From assembly GCA_965203315.1 (NCBI GenBank), contig OZ241857.1:32001-96000 (forward strand): 64,000 nt of DNA, read 5' to 3'. The position numbers were made by a program, and so were the translations under genes. Origin of the DNA: Nitrosopumilus sp. (GTDB lineage Archaea; Thermoproteota; Nitrososphaeria; Nitrososphaerales; Nitrosopumilaceae). Each line of letters opens with the position of its first letter. The first letter of the stretch is position 1. Under the pieces are notes generated by a model. The model ran no database searches. It was not told the origin of the DNA and worked only from the letters and a program-made list of their open reading frames with translations. Of the stretch, positions 61,690-64,000 are shown in pieces.

Positions 61690-62682
61690 ATGTTCCCAAA
61701 GAGACGTCTACGTCGATTACGTACAACACCTGCAATGCGTAGTATAGTACAACAAACAACACTTTTACCATCTGATCTCATTTGTCCAATATTTGTACAA
61801 GAAGATCTGAAACACCGCGTTGGAATCGAATCGATGCCTGGAATAGAACGCATACCACTTGATGAAGTCTCTCGTGAGGTTGAGTCCGTGGTTGATCTAG
61901 GTGTATCCTCTGTGATGATCTTTGGAATACCAAAACACAAAGATGATGATGGCAGTTCAGCAATAGCTGACGACGGAATAGTTCAGAAAACAATATCTCA
62001 GATCCGTTCTAACTTTGGTGATAATGTATTGATAATGGCAGACGTCTGTCTGTGCCAGTATATGAGATCAGGGCATTGTGGAATACTCAAAGACAACAAA
62101 GTAGATAATGACTCTAGCTTGAAATTACTGGCCAAGATTGCTCAAAGTCAAGCTGTAGCTGGAGTAGATACTGTGTCGCCTTCTGCAATGATGGATGGTC
62201 AAGTACATGCAATTCGGGAACAACTAGACGACTCTGGTTTTCAAGATGTATCTATAATGTCTCATTCTGCAAAACACCGATCCAACTTTTACACTCCATT
62301 TAGAGATGCAGCAGAATGTGCACCAAAGTTTGGTGACCGAAAGACGTACCAAGTATCGTACACAAACCCTCGAGAGTCGATGATGGAGATCGCATCGGAT
62401 ATCGACGAGGGCGCAGATATTGTGATGATCAAACCCGCTTTGGCATACTTGGATCTAATACATGAGACTAGACGTAGATTTGACGTACCAGTATCTGCGT
62501 ACAGTGTATCTGGTGAGTACTCTCTCGTCAAGGCTGCTGGACAACTTGGATTTGTTGATGAGGTTTCTATAATGCATGAGATGTTGTCTAGCATAAAACG
62601 CGCAGGTGCAGATATGATAGTAACATATTTTGCAAAGAGTATGGCAAAAATGATGAGTCATGAGAAACGATCAACGGTTTGA
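61690..62682 (+). CDS. hemB: Porphobilinogen synthase (Zn type)
   Basis: DVCLCQY..GHCG, PSAMMDG, FYTPFRDA, MIKPAL, VSGEY. Confidence 0.97.
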   Translation: MFPKRRLRRLRTTPAMRSIVQQTTLLPSDLICPIFVQEDLKHRVGIESMPGIERIPLDEVSREVESVVDLGVSSVMIFGIPKHKDDDGSSAIADDGIVQKTISQIRSNFGDNVLIMADVCLCQYMRSGHCGILKDNKVDNDSSLKLLAKIAQSQAVAGVDTVSPSAMMDGQVHAIREQLDDSGFQDVSIMSHSAKHRSNFYTPFRDAAECAPKFGDRKTYQVSYTNPRESMMEIASDIDEGADIVMIKPALAYLDLIHETRRRFDVPVSAYSVSGEYSLVKAAGQLGFVDEVSIMHEMLSSIKRAGADMIVTYFAKSMAKMMSHEKRSTV

Positions 62683-62968
62683 GATAGAACGTGCTTTTGA
62701 TCTATTGCCACATGTAGTAGGATCTAGCTGGGCAGTTATATGGTTTAGAATGAACAAGATCAAATCTCCTACTCGGGAAGAGTATCGAGATAAAACATTA
62801 GAGTTTTTCAAGTCCATAGAACATTCACTAGAATACCCTGATACTCCAGAGTTTGCTGATATCAGTCGTTACATCAAATCTAGAAGAGATATCGAATACA
62901 AGAGAATCATCAATGGTGAGAACAAAGAGATTGAGAAGCGATATGATAGGTACATCGACTATGGTTGA
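62660..62968 (+). CDS. Hypothetical protein
   Basis: 102-aa ORF overlapping the end of hemB. Confidence 0.7.
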   Translation: MRNDQRFEIERAFDLLPHVVGSSWAVIWFRMNKIKSPTREEYRDKTLEFFKSIEHSLEYPDTPEFADISRYIKSRRDIEYKRIINGENKEIEKRYDRYIDYG

Positions 62969-63603
62969 ATCTCTGAATCTAACTGCTTCAGATATATCTT
63001 GATAAACTTGGTTCTGTTATCTGCCTCGATCTTTGCCGAATTGGTGTTCATAAGCGATTCGAGATGGAGTAGTTTTGTGTAAAAGTGATCTAGCGTCCAA
63101 ACATGATCATCTGGAGTTCTAGTTGTACAGAATGGGTCTATGGTGCTGTAAAACACTCTATTTGATTTGGCACCTGTAGTAAAGGCTCTTGCTATGCCAA
63201 TTGCGCCTAGGGCATCAAGTCTGTCTGCATCTTGTAAGATCTGAGAGTAAATGCTACTGGCTCTTATATGATTCGTATAACTGTGCTCTACTATTGCCGT
63301 ACATATGATATCGACCTCAATAGTGGTTAGATCATAGTCTGTTAGTATGCGCCTAGCTAGTCTTGCACTATGTGTTGAAGATAGCCCTGATCGTTCATCT
63401 GATTTTGGATATATGACAATATCATGCAAGAGAGCAGCACAGCAGGCTAGGAGTGGTTCTACTCCTTCTGCATTAGATAGTCTTAGGGCATTGTGATATA
63501 CACGTAACACATGTTCAAAGTCATGTGCAGTATCGTTAATGCATATTGCATCTTTGGACATTATATCTCTGACTTGATTTGTCAACCGTTCTATCGTATT
63601 CAT
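62959..63603 (-). CDS. HD-superfamily phosphohydrolase
   Basis: AHDFEHVLRV, AALLHDI, HSY, QDADRLDALGAIGIAR. Confidence 0.92.
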   Translation of the reverse strand: MNTIERLTNQVRDIMSKDAICINDTAHDFEHVLRVYHNALRLSNAEGVEPLLACCAALLHDIVIYPKSDERSGLSSTHSARLARRILTDYDLTTIEVDIICTAIVEHSYTNHIRASSIYSQILQDADRLDALGAIGIARAFTTGAKSNRVFYSTIDPFCTTRTPDDHVWTLDHFYTKLLHLESLMNTNSAKIEADNRTKFIKIYLKQLDSEIQP

Positions 63604-64000
63604 AATTTCCAGATCCTCGGCCTCATAAATCGTAACCGTCGTTCAGTAATTAGTGCCGTCCAGTTTATAGACGCAAAGAGAATTATCGTCATTATGCCCA
63701 AACCATCTATCAAAAGTATTCCTACTAGTCGATCTTCAAAGATCTCAAAGAATGGTCTGAGTACTGCATCACCAAAGTAGATCATTATTATATATGATAT
63801 TGTGCGTCCGCACCAAAATCCTATGTATATTCCTATACTTTTTGCACGAACCAATCCATACGTGATAAATAAAAGATTACTAGGTAATGGCGTTGCACCA
63901 AACAGAAATGACGCAACGAAATAGCCATAGCGTCTATGATTCAGATAACTACCAATGACGGCTAGATTGGATCTCTGCTCTGTCGACACAAACCTCCTAA
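63600..64000 (-). CDS. DedA/VTT-like membrane protein, 5'-truncated by window edge
   Basis: FLFGATPLPSNLLF...GFWCGR; frame is open to the window end. Confidence 0.7.
   Translation of the reverse strand, partial: RRFVSTEQRSNLAVIGSYLNHRRYGYFVASFLFGATPLPSNLLFITYGLVRAKSIGIYIGFWCGRTISYIIMIYFGDAVLRPFFEIFEDRLVGILLIDGLGIMTIILFASINWTALITERRLRFMRPRIWKL

Noticed and set aside
1-64000. CRISPR array or rRNA gene
   Set aside because: No regularly spaced direct repeats and no rRNA-like sequence seen; the repeats found are dispersed TIR elements

Overview
Chromosomal window of an ammonia-oxidising archaeon (Nitrososphaerota, Nitrosopumilaceae-like). This assignment rests on the archaeal type II GAPDH, HMG-CoA synthase, thiolase/DUF35 pair, blue-copper protein and typical Nitrosopumilus-like gene order. 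Housekeeping blocks include tatAC, ubiX, purE/ilvA/purK, thrC, gap, pgk, hemL-hemC-cobA-hemD, sirC-hemA-hemB, sufBD-Rieske-sufS-sufU and tRNA-Arg(TCT). They are interspersed with many mobile elements: complete IS5-type, IS66 and IS630 elements, IS630/IS481 relics and two small non-autonomous (MITE) families. Most notable: (1) a polyphosphate locus (sixA, ppx, two coupled thymidylate-kinase-like genes of which one has an altered P-loop, CHAD) with a convergent ~32% Lys protein, a candidate two-subunit polyP kinase/granule system; (2) an ABC-ATPase + TOPRIM-like putative defence pair whose second gene is split by IS630 one codon before the catalytic Glu, where the IS end supplies an in-frame substitute N-terminus; (3) two tandem Doc-type toxins, each with an unannotated 36-aa partner; (4) several unannotated Cys/His microproteins. 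All calls come from reading motifs by eye; no database searches were run.
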